Source: an uncultured Elusimicrobiales bacterium
GTDB taxonomy: Bacteria; Elusimicrobiota; Endomicrobiia; Endomicrobiales; CAIRNS01
Direction of reading: 5' to 3'
NCBI GenBank assembly: GCA_964577205.1
Contig: CAZNYG010000002.1
Coordinates: forward strand, 3,757-66,422
DNA: 62,666 nucleotides
A model generated the notes under the pieces. That model had not been told where the DNA came from and made no database searches. It saw only the letters and a list, made by a program, of their open reading frames with translations. Below, in pieces: positions 27,822 through 37,505 of this stretch (positions are counted from its first letter, which is position 1; every line of letters begins with the position of its first letter). Made by a program: the position numbers and the translations under genes.

Positions 27822-28684
27822 GAAAACCTCAGCGTTCACGCCGTCCTGCGCCGCGCCGTTCACGGTCAGTGGTGCTGCGTTCAAAGTTCAAACAGGAACG
27901 CCGCCACCGCTTCATGAAGGCCGCGCGGTTCCTGGTCGTCTCCGGAGTCATCATATTCGGATGGTTGTTCGTCTGGCGGACGGCCACCCGTATCCTCTTT
28001 CATTCGCCCTTTTTCGCCATAAAGTCTGTCGAGATCAGCGGGAACAGGAACGTGACGGCCGCGGAACTGATGGCGTTGGTCCCGTTCCGTCCCGGCGATA
28101 ATATTCTTACGGCCAGGGTCGCGGGAACGCAGAAGAACCTGCGCCAGTGCCGCCCGGATATGAAAAGCGTTTCCGTGTCGCGCGGCTGGCGGAAGATCGT
28201 AGTTGAAGTCCGGGAACGCGTTCCTGTCGCCTGTGTAATGCAGAACGGGCAGCGTCGGGGCATCGACCGCGATAATATCCCTTTTCCGCTGGAAGGACCT
28301 TTGTACCGCCGGAAGCTTCCCGAGATCACGGGATCGACCGAAGAGCGGGCCATGATACTCGATTTCATGCGGACCCTTGCCGGTGAAGCCAAAGAATTCT
28401 ACCCGCGCGTCGTCAGGTACATGCCGGAAGCGGTCAGCGATGTCGCTCTGATACTTAACGACGGGACCCGCGTGCGCTGGGGCGATACGGATAAGAACAG
28501 TATCCGGCCCAAACTTGCCCGCCTGTATCAGGTGTTCGCGGACGCGCGAGCCCGTTTCACCGCCGTGGAATACGTCGATCTTTGTTATTTCAGCGAAGGA
28601 CGGATCCTGGTAAAGCCGGCGGCCGCGGCGGTTCAGAGAGGCCGGACGGGACAAAAAGCCGAAGCCAGGGGATATGAGATATAA
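27818..28684 (+). CDS. ftsQ: Cell division protein FtsQ (POTRA domain)
   Basis: Arg-rich N-terminus, one TM helix, then the POTRA-like IKSVEISGNRNVTAAEL. The ATG at 27818 overlaps the ddl stop (ATGA). Position is between ddl and ftsA. Confidence 0.8.
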   Translation: MRKPQRSRRPAPRRSRSVVLRSKFKQERRHRFMKAARFLVVSGVIIFGWLFVWRTATRILFHSPFFAIKSVEISGNRNVTAAELMALVPFRPGDNILTARVAGTQKNLRQCRPDMKSVSVSRGWRKIVVEVRERVPVACVMQNGQRRGIDRDNIPFPLEGPLYRRKLPEITGSTEERAMILDFMRTLAGEAKEFYPRVVRYMPEAVSDVALILNDGTRVRWGDTDKNSIRPKLARLYQVFADARARFTAVEYVDLCYFSEGRILVKPAAAAVQRGRTGQKAEARGYEI

Positions 28685-28747
28685 CAGCTGCCCCGCAGGT
28701 GTTTAAATACTTTTATTCCGCTTTTGCGGTTAGTGAGGATGCGCATT

Positions 28748-29989
28748 ATGCCAAAAGACGAGATTCTGGCCGGTCTGGACATTGGAAGCAATCAGGTATG
28801 CTGTGTAATAGGGAAACGCTCCGAGGATAACCGCGTTATCGAGGTCATCAGCGCGGCCAGGCTTCCCTGCCGCGGTATCAAGGGAGGGGTCGTCATCAAT
28901 CTGCAGGAGACGGCGAGCGCGGTGCAACATGTCGTCGAAAAAGCGGAGGAAAAAGCGCAGGAGACTATCCGCCAGGTGTATCTCGGGCTCAGGGGCAGCC
29001 ATATCGAGTCCATGAACGCCCACGGCAAGATCAACATCTCCCGCACGGACAAGGAGATCACCGCCGAGGACGTCGCCTCCGTCATAGAGACGGCGAAGAC
29101 CATCCGCTTATCTCCAGACCGCGAGATCCTCCACACCATCCCGCAGGAATTTTCCCTGAACCATCAGGGAGGCGTGCCCAACCCGGTCGGCATGGAAGGC
29201 AATTTCCTTGAAGTCGACGTGCATATCCTGACCGCGTCCTCCAGCCACATCAACAACATTTACAAGGTCATCGCACAGGCCGGCCTTGAGATCGCCGAGC
29301 CGCTGTACGGCTGCCTCGCCGTCGGCGACCTGGTAATCACCCAGGAGGAAAAAGAGCTCGGGTGCCTGCTGATCGATTTCGGCGGGCTCACTACCGGGCT
29401 TGTCGTGTATACCGAAGGCAGCATCCGCTATTCCCGCGAGCTGCAGATCGGTTCCGATTTCATTACGCGCGACATCTCGCACAGCCTGCGCACGTCGCAG
29501 GTCGTCGCTCAGGATATTAAGGAAAAATACGGCATCTCGATGGCTAGCCTTCTCAAGGACGACAGCACGTTCGAATACATGAGCGTGGATGGACGGACCA
29601 TCCGGGAGTGCACCCGCAAACAGCTGGTGGAGATCATCCAGCCCCGGCTCGACCAGATCTTCGTGGCTCTCGAGGACGAGATAAAGAAATCGGGGTTCGC
29701 CGAAGCGATCGTCCCCGGCGGCGTCATCGTCACGGGCGGTGGTTCAAGACTTGAAGGCATTATTCAGGCGGCGGAACAGGCGCTGAGCCCGTCCGCGCGC
29801 CTGGGGCTTCCCCAGGACGTGACCGGGCCCGAGGACATCGTGTCCAACCAGGCATATTCTACGGCGATCGGCCTTCTCAAGGCTGATTCGATCGTGAGCG
29901 GCCCCGGCGGGAGCGACAAAACGCGCCCCGCGAAAAGCGGCCCTTCCCTGATCACCCGGTTTAAAGACTGGGTAAACGACGCATTTTGA
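28748..29989 (+). CDS. ftsA: Cell division protein FtsA
   Basis: Actin-fold phosphate-1 motif GLDIGSNQVCCVIG and the later VTGGGSRLEG. GAGGA lies 8 nt upstream of the ATG at 28748. Confidence 0.93.
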   Translation: MPKDEILAGLDIGSNQVCCVIGKRSEDNRVIEVISAARLPCRGIKGGVVINLQETASAVQHVVEKAEEKAQETIRQVYLGLRGSHIESMNAHGKINISRTDKEITAEDVASVIETAKTIRLSPDREILHTIPQEFSLNHQGGVPNPVGMEGNFLEVDVHILTASSSHINNIYKVIAQAGLEIAEPLYGCLAVGDLVITQEEKELGCLLIDFGGLTTGLVVYTEGSIRYSRELQIGSDFITRDISHSLRTSQVVAQDIKEKYGISMASLLKDDSTFEYMSVDGRTIRECTRKQLVEIIQPRLDQIFVALEDEIKKSGFAEAIVPGGVIVTGGGSRLEGIIQAAEQALSPSARLGLPQDVTGPEDIVSNQAYSTAIGLLKADSIVSGPGGSDKTRPAKSGPSLITRFKDWVNDAF

Positions 29990-29996
29990 ACGGCAG

Positions 29997-30034
29997 GTAA
30001 AAATGTAAAATGAAAAATGAAAAAAGTGGAAAGG
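29997..30034. repeat. atgtaaaa/atgaaaa word array (family D) in the ftsA-ftsZ spacer
   Basis: gtaaaaatgtaaaatgaaaaatgaaaaaagtggaaagg. Confidence 0.65.
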
Positions 30035-30089
30035 CAAAAAGCGGGACAACGAGATTCTTCTTCCGTCTCACGCTGTTTTTAAGGAACTT

Positions 30090-31178
30090 ATGATACGCAT
30101 TACCGTACCGAACGACACGACCGAGCATCCGGCAATTTTGAAAGTGGTGGGCGTGGGCGGCGGCGGATCCAACGCGGTCAACCGGATGATCCAGGCCGGC
30201 ATCCACGGCGTTGAATTCATTACGATCAACACGGACGTCCAGGCGCTGAGGCGGTCCACGGCGCCTACCCGCGTCCAGATCGGGGAGCAGATATCCCGCG
30301 GCCTTGGCGTGGGCGGCAATCCGACTATAGGCCAACAGGCCGCCGAAGAGAGTCGGGAGCGCATCACGGAGATGCTGCGCGGCACGGACATGGTCTTCAT
30401 CACCGCGGGCATGGGCGGAGGCACCGGCACCGGCGCCGCCCCGGTCGTCGCGGCGATCGCGCGTTCACTGGGAATTCTCACCGTCGGCGTGGTGACCAAG
30501 CCTTTCGAGTTCGAGCACCGCATCCGGCTGCTGCAGGCCGAAGAAGGCATCAAGAACCTTCGCAATTACGTTGACACTCTGATCGTTATCCCGAATGAAA
30601 AACTCTTCACGATCGTCGATGACAAGACTCCCATCGAGGATGCCTTCCGTATCGTGGACGACGTGCTGCGCCAGGCGGTGCAGTCCATCACGGACGTCAT
30701 CACGACGCCCGGCGAGATCAACGTGGACTTCGCCGACGTGCGCACCATCATGCTCGGCTCGGGCGACGCCCTGATGGGCATCGGCGAAAGCTCCGGGCCC
30801 GACCGCGCGACCGAGGCGGCGCGCAAGGCCATAAGCAGCCCGCTTCTCGACGAAATATCGATCGAAGGGGCGAAAGGCGTACTGGTCAACATCACCGGCA
30901 ACAAGAGCACGTCCATGATGGAAGTGCGCCAAGCCATGAACCTTATCAAAGACTCTGTCTCTCCAGAGGCCCATGTGTTCTACGGGCAGGTCATCGACCC
31001 CAACCTTGACGGCCGCATAAAAATAACCGTTATCGCCACGGGATTCCCGGTGCGCCGCCCGTCGCCGAAACCGGCCTCGCGGCCCGTCGAGACCGAACGC
31101 CCGGACGCGGCAGCCTCCGAAACCATCGATTTTCTCCGCCCCGCCTACACTTACTGGCGTCCCAGAAAGCTGAAGTAG
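30090..31178 (+). CDS. ftsZ: Cell division GTPase FtsZ
   Basis: [15 protein letters not shown] and the tubulin signature [11 protein letters not shown]. Ends in TAG. Confidence 0.97.
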   Translation: MIRITVPNDTTEHPAILKVVGVGGGGSNAVNRMIQAGIHGVEFITINTDVQALRRSTAPTRVQIGEQISRGLGVGGNPTIGQQAAEESRERITEMLRGTDMVFITAGMGGGTGTGAAPVVAAIARSLGILTVGVVTKPFEFEHRIRLLQAEEGIKNLRNYVDTLIVIPNEKLFTIVDDKTPIEDAFRIVDDVLRQAVQSITDVITTPGEINVDFADVRTIMLGSGDALMGIGESSGPDRATEAARKAISSPLLDEISIEGAKGVLVNITGNKSTSMMEVRQAMNLIKDSVSPEAHVFYGQVIDPNLDGRIKITVIATGFPVRRPSPKPASRPVETERPDAAASETIDFLRPAYTYWRPRKLK

Positions 31179-31193
31179 GAGGAACTTTTTCAA

Positions 31194-32291
31194 ATGGAAC
31201 TCACCACTCTTCTGAAGGAAATGGCCGCCCGCGGCACGTCCGACCTGCACATCAGGGCGGACCATCCAGCGGTTCTGCGCGTAGACGGCCAGATCTTCGT
31301 CATAGGCGAACGTCTCAGCGCGCTGGAAACGGAAGCCCTGGCGAACACGCTCATGAACGATGAGCAGAAGAGCCGTTTTCAGCGGCGGCACGAGGTCGAT
31401 CTGGCCCATTCGTTCCCGGGATTCGGGCGGTTCCGCGTCAATGTGTTCCAGCAGCGGGGAATGATCAATCTGGCCATGCGCGTCGTTCCCGTAACGATAC
31501 CCACGTTCGCCGATCTGAAACTGCCGGGCGTTATCGGGACGATCGCCGACAACCAGCGCGGCCTGGTACTGGTCACCGGGACCACCGGATGCGGCAAGTC
31601 CCACACGCTTGCCGCGATGATCGGGCACATCAACGGCACGCGCGCCGAGAATATCATAACCATTGAAGACCCCATCGAATTCATCCACGAGGATAAAAGA
31701 TCGATCATCAGCCAGAGGGAACTGGGGTTCGACACGCTGACGTATATCGACGCGCTCCGGAACGTCGTGCGCCAGGACCCGGATGTGATCCTGATCGGTG
31801 AGATGCGCGATCAGGAGACCATGGCGGCGGCGATTACCGCCGCGCAGACGGGCCATCTTGTCCTTTCGACGATACATACCGTAGACGCGACGCAGAGCAT
31901 CAACCGCATCATCGACCTTTTCCCGCCTCATCAGCAGAACCAGATACGGCTGCTGCTCGCAGACACGCTGAAAGCGGTCATTTCTCAGCGCCTGCTCCCG
32001 GCCGCTTCGGGAAAAGGCCGGGTGCCCGCGGTCGAGGTCATGGTGGTGACCCCTCTCATCAAGAAGCTGATCGAAGAGAACGATCTCAGCGAGGTCGTCA
32101 ACATGATGAAGCAGGGCCAGTATTACGGCATGCAGACTTTCAACCAGGCCCTGATAAATCTCTACCAGAGCGGCGGGATCAAACTTGAGGACGCGCTGAG
32201 CGCGGCATCGAATCCCGAAGAGCTCATGTTGTCGGTCCGCGGCGTCCAGAGCAGTTCCGAAGACGCGAACAACAGCTTTTTCGAGAAGTGA
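31194..32291 (+). CDS. pilT: Type IV pilus retraction ATPase PilT family
   Basis: SDLHI N-terminal motif, Walker A GTTGCGKSHT, IGEMRD (Asp box / Walker B region) and GHLVLSTIHT (His box). Confidence 0.9.
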   Translation: MELTTLLKEMAARGTSDLHIRADHPAVLRVDGQIFVIGERLSALETEALANTLMNDEQKSRFQRRHEVDLAHSFPGFGRFRVNVFQQRGMINLAMRVVPVTIPTFADLKLPGVIGTIADNQRGLVLVTGTTGCGKSHTLAAMIGHINGTRAENIITIEDPIEFIHEDKRSIISQRELGFDTLTYIDALRNVVRQDPDVILIGEMRDQETMAAAITAAQTGHLVLSTIHTVDATQSINRIIDLFPPHQQNQIRLLLADTLKAVISQRLLPAASGKGRVPAVEVMVVTPLIKKLIEENDLSEVVNMMKQGQYYGMQTFNQALINLYQSGGIKLEDALSAASNPEELMLSVRGVQSSSEDANNSFFEK

Positions 32292-33004
32292 CCGTGTGGC
32301 TGCGGGAGCCGGATGATACAGCGTTCACATTGGCCGGATGGCCGGTACTGGCTTTGGCCACCACCCGCGCGGCGGGTGATATGCGCGACGAGGCGCGACG
32401 AGGCGTTTTTTGCCGGTCCCGCGGTATTCCTCCGGAAAGGATCGTCCGTTGCCGGCAGGTGCACGGCGCCACGGTCGTCCCCGTGACGTCAAAGCACGCA
32501 GGGCGCGAGATCCCGGATTCAGACGGCCTGATAACCGGTGAAAAGGGGCTGGCGCTGGCGATCTTTACCGCGGACTGCGTCCCGGTCGTTCTTTGCGATA
32601 CAAAAGGCTCGGCTTTGGCCGTCGTGCACGGAGGCTGGCGGGGGCTCGCCGCGGGCATTGTCCCCGTCGCGGTGCGTCTCTTTAAAGAATATTTCTGCAT
32701 CGCGCCTTCTGACCTGCGCGCGGCAGCGGGGCCCCACATACAGAAATGCTGTTATCCCGTGGGTGACGCGGTGAGAAAGGCCTTCGATCTCGGAAACGCG
32801 GAAACGCATTGCGACCTGGCCTCCGTACTCGACCGGCAACTGGCGCTCTGCGGCGTTCCTCCAGCGGAGCGTTCGGGGGAATGTACAGGGCACCGTAAAG
32901 ACCTTTTTTTCTCGTACCGCGGGGACGCGACCCCGCGCAGGATGATGACGATAGCAGGGCTGAAAGGCGTTCATGAGTTCATGAGTTCACGGGTTCATGG
33001 GTGA
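32288..33004 (+). CDS. pgeF: Peptidoglycan editing factor PgeF / YfiH (DUF152 laccase-domain protein)
   Basis: QVHGATVV, TADCVPV and HGGWRG motifs. GTG start overlapping the pilT stop. Confidence 0.85.
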   Translation: MTVWLREPDDTAFTLAGWPVLALATTRAAGDMRDEARRGVFCRSRGIPPERIVRCRQVHGATVVPVTSKHAGREIPDSDGLITGEKGLALAIFTADCVPVVLCDTKGSALAVVHGGWRGLAAGIVPVAVRLFKEYFCIAPSDLRAAAGPHIQKCCYPVGDAVRKAFDLGNAETHCDLASVLDRQLALCGVPPAERSGECTGHRKDLFFSYRGDATPRRMMTIAGLKGVHEFMSSRVHG

Positions 33005-33040
33005 ACACATTGAAAGGCATAACAGCATTACGGAGAATCC

Positions 33041-34105
33041 ATGAAACTCGAAGAGTTGCGGAAAAAGATCGATTCCACCGATGGCCGGATCCTCAAGCTC
33101 CTGAACGAACGGGCGTCATTGGCGCGCCGTATCGGGGCGCTCAAGCAGAAAGCCGGAAAGGATTTTTACATTCCGCACCGCGAGAAGAAGATCATCGCGG
33201 GACTTCTTGCCCGGAACTGCGGCCCGCTCTCTTCTGAGTCGGTCGAATCCATATATCGCGAGATCATGAACGCCTGCCGTTCGCTCGAGTCGCGGCTCAC
33301 CGTGACGTATTTCGGGCCGGAGGCGACCTTCACCCACCAGGCCGCGCTGAAGAACTTCGGAACTGCAGCCGTGTATGTGCCGGCCACTTCCATCGCCGAC
33401 GTCTTTACGGAAGTTGCGAAGAAACGGGCCGATTACGGCGTCGTGCCGATCGAGAATTCAACGGAAGGCGTGGTCAACCATACCCTGGACATGTTCATGG
33501 ATTCCGACCTGCAGATATGTTCCGAGATCAGCATGCCGATAGAGCAGTGCCTGCTGTCCCTGTCGGGAGACATTAAGCGCGTAAAGAAGGCCTATTCGCA
33601 TCCCCAGGCGCTGGTACAGTGCAGGAACTGGCTTAAGGAACATCTGCCGGGCATCCCGGTGGTCGAGACTTCTTCCACGTCGGCCGCGGCCCGCCGCGCG
33701 GTCCGCGAAAAAGACAGCGCTGCGGTCTCCTCCTACGCGGCGGCGCAGTTGTATAAACTTGAAGTGATCTCCCGGGGTATCGAAGACAACCCTGAGAACT
33801 TTACGCGTTTCCTGGTCATCGGCCGTTGCCCCGCCGATTATTCGGGGCATGACAAAACTTCCATCATGTTCGCGATCAAACACAAGGTCGGGGCGTTGTA
33901 CGAGATGCTGTCGACGTTCAAGAAACACGGCATCAACATGACCAGGATCGAATCCCGGCCGTCGCGCAAGCAGGCGTGGGAATACCTTTTCTTCGTCGAT
34001 ATTCTGGGCCACGTTTCAGAGAAACACGTGCAGACGGCCCTGAAAGGCCTCGCCGCCCACTGTTCATCTTTCAAGGTGCTGGGATCGTATCCGAAGGCCG
34101 ATTGA
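33041..34105 (+). CDS. pheA: Bifunctional chorismate mutase / prephenate dehydratase
   Basis: N-terminal CM helix LRKKIDSTDGRILKLLNERASLARRIGALK, PDT domain YFGPEATFTHQAA and ACT domain with TRIESRPSR. Confidence 0.92.
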   Translation: MKLEELRKKIDSTDGRILKLLNERASLARRIGALKQKAGKDFYIPHREKKIIAGLLARNCGPLSSESVESIYREIMNACRSLESRLTVTYFGPEATFTHQAALKNFGTAAVYVPATSIADVFTEVAKKRADYGVVPIENSTEGVVNHTLDMFMDSDLQICSEISMPIEQCLLSLSGDIKRVKKAYSHPQALVQCRNWLKEHLPGIPVVETSSTSAAARRAVREKDSAAVSSYAAAQLYKLEVISRGIEDNPENFTRFLVIGRCPADYSGHDKTSIMFAIKHKVGALYEMLSTFKKHGINMTRIESRPSRKQAWEYLFFVDILGHVSEKHVQTALKGLAAHCSSFKVLGSYPKAD

Positions 34106-34132
34106 TAGAGACAAGCGAGCGGGCACATGTCT

Positions 34133-34170
34133 ATTGCAAATCGCAAAATGCAAATTTAAAATTTGAAATA
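34133..34170. repeat. gcaaat word array (family C) upstream of hisC
   Basis: attgcaaatcgcaaaatgcaaatttaaaatttgaaata. It shares the 18-mer atcgcaaaatgcaaattt with the reverse complement of 35416-35455. Confidence 0.75.
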
Positions 34171-34226
34171 TCACCTTTGACGCCATGGAACACTCGATAA
34201 CAGCTAAGGTACCGTGCGTAAGACCA

Positions 34227-34243
34227 CTTAGTAAGTGAGTAGG
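34227..34243. repeat. gtgagta word (family B) upstream of hisC
   Basis: cttagtaagtgagtagg. The inverse copy ttttactcactgacg lies at 35461-35475. Confidence 0.55.
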
Positions 34244-34265
34244 AACGTCGCATTAATAACGGGAT

Positions 34266-35411
34266 ATGGCAATGAAAAAGAACAATAAGCGGTTCGCGAT
34301 CGAAAGATTCATACGGCCGGCGTGTGCGGGATTTCAGCCTTACGTGGCGGGCAAGCCGGTGGAAACGATAAAGAGGGAGCTGGGGCTCAAACGGGTTATC
34401 AAACTCGCATCCAACGAGAACCCGCTGGGGCCTTCCGTCAGGGCGTTGGCGGCGGTAAAGAAAGCCCTTGAGGGATTGTACTTCTATCCCGATGCCAATT
34501 CATACCTGCTGCGCCATGCCATCGCGTCAAAATTTGCCCTGCTGGCGGAGAACATCATGCTTGGCGCCGGATCGGACGAGCTGATCGCCCTTATCGGTAT
34601 GGCATTTCTCGAGCCGGACGACGAGGTGGTCGTCTCGGAGCACGCTTTCGTGCGTTACCAGATGGCGGGCCGGCTGATGGGCGCCCGCTGCGTGGCGGTC
34701 CCGATGAAAGGATTTACACACGACCTTGACGCGATGGCCGCGGCGGTCACTTCCCGCACCAAGATCGTTTTCATCGCAAACCCGAACAACCCGACCGGGA
34801 CGTACGTCACTGCCGCGGAGTTGGGACGGTTCCTGAAAACCCTGCGCGCGCGAAAGGGCATCACGCCCCCTCTGGTCGTTATGGATGAGGCGTACTACGA
34901 ATATGCCGTTACCCGCCGTGATTATCCCCGTTCGCTGTCTTTTTTGCCGGAATATCCGGGACTGATCATCCTGCGCACGTTCTCCAAGGTCCATGCCCTT
35001 GCCGGGCTGCGCGCGGGATACGGGTTCGCTTCGCGCGAAGTCGTGGATTATATCGACCGGATCCGCCCGCCGTTCAACATCAACTCGCTGGCGCAGGCCG
35101 CGGCCATCGCGAGCCTTGGCGACAGGGAGCACGTTAAAAAAGGCGTCGCCCTGGCGGAAGAGGGGAAACGGCTGGTCGGGTCGGAACTGTCGAAAATGGG
35201 GATACCGTACGTGCCGTCGGCTGCAAATTTCCTTCTCATAGATGTCAGCCCGCGGTCGGGCATGGACGTGTTCAAGGAACTGCTCCGCAAAGGCGTTATT
35301 GTCCGGCCTATGGGGGAATATGACTACCCGCGCCACGTGCGGGTAACTATAGGCCTTCCCCAGGAAAATCAATTATTCATCCGCAGTCTGAAACAGATAG
35401 TGAGCAAGTGA
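34266..35411 (+). CDS. hisC: Histidinol-phosphate / aromatic aminotransferase (class II)
   Basis: LASNENPLGPS motif and the PLP-Lys context TFSKVHALAGLRAGY. Given the aromatic-pathway context, it may act as a phenylalanine/tyrosine aminotransferase. Confidence 0.88.
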   Translation: MAMKKNNKRFAIERFIRPACAGFQPYVAGKPVETIKRELGLKRVIKLASNENPLGPSVRALAAVKKALEGLYFYPDANSYLLRHAIASKFALLAENIMLGAGSDELIALIGMAFLEPDDEVVVSEHAFVRYQMAGRLMGARCVAVPMKGFTHDLDAMAAAVTSRTKIVFIANPNNPTGTYVTAAELGRFLKTLRARKGITPPLVVMDEAYYEYAVTRRDYPRSLSFLPEYPGLIILRTFSKVHALAGLRAGYGFASREVVDYIDRIRPPFNINSLAQAAAIASLGDREHVKKGVALAEEGKRLVGSELSKMGIPYVPSAANFLLIDVSPRSGMDVFKELLRKGVIVRPMGEYDYPRHVRVTIGLPQENQLFIRSLKQIVSK

Positions 35412-35415
35412 ACGG

Positions 35416-35475
35416 CATTTCAAATTGCGATTTGAAATTTGCATTTTGCGATGCGACAGGTTTTACTCACTGACG
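35416..35475. repeat. Inverse copies of the family C and family B words downstream of hisC
   Basis: catttcaaattgcgatttgaaatttgcattttgcgatgcg (35416-35455), then ttttactcactgacg (35461-35475). Confidence 0.75.
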
Positions 35476-35503
35476 TCGTTATTTATTACAAGGAGCTGTC
35501 GCC

Positions 35504-36517
35504 ATGATCATAACATTGCGCAGGGGCGTTCCGAGAAAACAGGCGGATGTCGTCATAAAAAAGATCCGTGACATGGGTTATACGCCGCACGTGTCGCGCG
35601 GCGTGGATGTCACCATCATCGGCATGATAGGCGAACGGGCCGAACGTTACCGCGACGTGTTCGAGGCCATGGATGTCGTGGACCATATCAGCGAGATCGA
35701 AAAACCGTACAAACTTGCCAGCAGGGAATTCAAACAGGAAAACACCGTCATCAACGTGGGGAATGTAACGATCGGAGGCCCGCGGATCCCGGTCATGGCC
35801 GGACCCTGCGCCGTCGAAAAGAAAGAGGTCACACTGGAGATCGCCCGCCTGGTCAAACAGGCCGGCGCGACGATCTACCGCGGCGGAGCGTTCAAACCGC
35901 GCAGTTCGCCCTACTCGTTCCAGGGGCTCGGCGAAAAAGGGCTCAAGTTCCTCGCTGAATCGCGCGAAAAGACCGGCCTGCCCGTCATCAGCGAAGCGAT
36001 GACGGTCGAAGAGGTAGGTCTCGTAGCCAAATACTGCGATATCGTGCAGATCGGCGCGCGCAACGTGCAAAACTACGACCTGCTCAAAGCCGCCGGCCGC
36101 CAGAAGAAGCCGGTGCTGCTCAAACGCGGTATGGCAACCACCATTAAAGAGCTGCTTCTTTCGGCGGAATACATCCTTTCACAGGGCAATTATAACGTGA
36201 TACTCTGCGAGCGCGGCATACGGACGTTCGAGGAAGCCACGCGGTTCACCCTGGACCTGAACGCGGTGCCCGTGATAAAGAAATACTCCCATCTTCCCGT
36301 GGTCGTCGATCCGTCGCACGGGATCGGTATCCGGGAACATGTGCCGACGATGGCCAAGGCGGCCGTAGCGGCTGGCGCGGACGGATTGATCCTTGAAGTG
36401 CATCCTCGTCCCGAAGAGGCGCTTTCCGACGGGCCGCAAAGCCTTCTGCCCGCTCAGTTCACCCAGCTGATGAAAGAGCTGAAGGTGCTGGCGCAGGCGC
36501 TTGGGAGAAGCATATAG
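35504..36517 (+). CDS. 3-deoxy-7-phosphoheptulonate (DAHP) synthase, type I-beta with N-terminal regulatory domain
   Basis: [19 protein letters not shown] and DPSHG motifs, preceded by a ~70-aa ferredoxin-like N-terminal extension. Confidence 0.88.
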   Translation: MIITLRRGVPRKQADVVIKKIRDMGYTPHVSRGVDVTIIGMIGERAERYRDVFEAMDVVDHISEIEKPYKLASREFKQENTVINVGNVTIGGPRIPVMAGPCAVEKKEVTLEIARLVKQAGATIYRGGAFKPRSSPYSFQGLGEKGLKFLAESREKTGLPVISEAMTVEEVGLVAKYCDIVQIGARNVQNYDLLKAAGRQKKPVLLKRGMATTIKELLLSAEYILSQGNYNVILCERGIRTFEEATRFTLDLNAVPVIKKYSHLPVVVDPSHGIGIREHVPTMAKAAVAAGADGLILEVHPRPEEALSDGPQSLLPAQFTQLMKELKVLAQALGRSI

Positions 36518-36620
36518 AAACGACTCGTAACAGATAAGACACGTGGGACGGTGACGAAACTTGTTTACGACTTTAACGGGCATCGTTACCGGTGTTGTCG
36601 TTACGTTTGTTTCCCGGAAT

Positions 36621-37505
36621 ATGAAAAAATTCAAAGTAGCCATCATCGGTGTCGGTTTGATCGGGGGATCGCTGGGCATGGCGCTGCGGTCGTGCCGGAA
36701 GAGGCGGTATCATGTCACCGGCATAGGGCGGAACGCGGAACACCTGGCCCAGGCGAAACGCCGCGGCGCGGTCGACGATGTGTCCCTTGATATCGCGGCA
36801 GGCGTAAGGGACGCCGATATCGTGGTAATCGGAACGCCGGTGGACACGATCGCCGATATGGTGAACGCCGCGGCGCCGCTGATGAAATCCGGCGCCGTCA
36901 TCACCGACGCGGGGGGCGTGAAAGAGCGCGTCGAACGCGACGTGCTCCGTTCTCTGCGGATAATGCAAAGGAAGGCTCCCTGTTTTGTCGGAGCACATCC
37001 CATGGCTGGACACGAAAGATCGGGGATAGTATACGCGGCAAAGGATATCTATGACGGAGCGGCGGTCGCCGTCGTTCCTCCTTCAGGATGCGATAAACGC
37101 GCATTTCAACGGGTTGTGACGATGTGGAAAGACGCCGGCGCGATACCGCTGGCCATGACCGCGCCCGGGCACGATACCGCGGCCGCGGTCGTAAGCCATC
37201 TGCCGCATATTATCGCGTTCGCCCTTTCACGCCAGGCGGCCGCAACGCAGCAAAAGGTCGCGGGGACGATGGCGCTCGCGGCCGGGTCGTTCAGGGACGT
37301 TACCCGCGTGGCGGATTCCTCTCCAAGGGATTGGGCGGCCATCTGCCACGCTAACCGGCGGGCGATCCGTTCCCATCTTTCCGCTCATATCCGCGCGCTG
37401 GAAAAGATACGCGCTTCGCTTGACGATCCCCGCGCGCTGGAACGCTGTTTTCTTGACGGGCACGAAAGCCGCGCGCGCCTGTACGCGGACAGGAGAAAGA
37501 AATGA
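36621..37505 (+). CDS. tyrA: Prephenate dehydrogenase
   Basis: Rossmann motif VAIIGVGLIGGSLG and HPMAG. The start is chosen at the MKKFKVAIIG N-terminus; the ORF track starts at 36561. Confidence 0.88.
   Translation: MKKFKVAIIGVGLIGGSLGMALRSCRKRRYHVTGIGRNAEHLAQAKRRGAVDDVSLDIAAGVRDADIVVIGTPVDTIADMVNAAAPLMKSGAVITDAGGVKERVERDVLRSLRIMQRKAPCFVGAHPMAGHERSGIVYAAKDIYDGAAVAVVPPSGCDKRAFQRVVTMWKDAGAIPLAMTAPGHDTAAAVVSHLPHIIAFALSRQAAATQQKVAGTMALAAGSFRDVTRVADSSPRDWAAICHANRRAIRSHLSAHIRALEKIRASLDDPRALERCFLDGHESRARLYADRRKK

Noticed and set aside
30465-31931. 488-aa minus-strand ORF antisense to ftsZ and pilT
   Set aside because: It lies entirely opposite two unambiguous conserved genes. It has the Arg/Gly/Asp-rich low-complexity composition typical of antisense frames in high-GC DNA.
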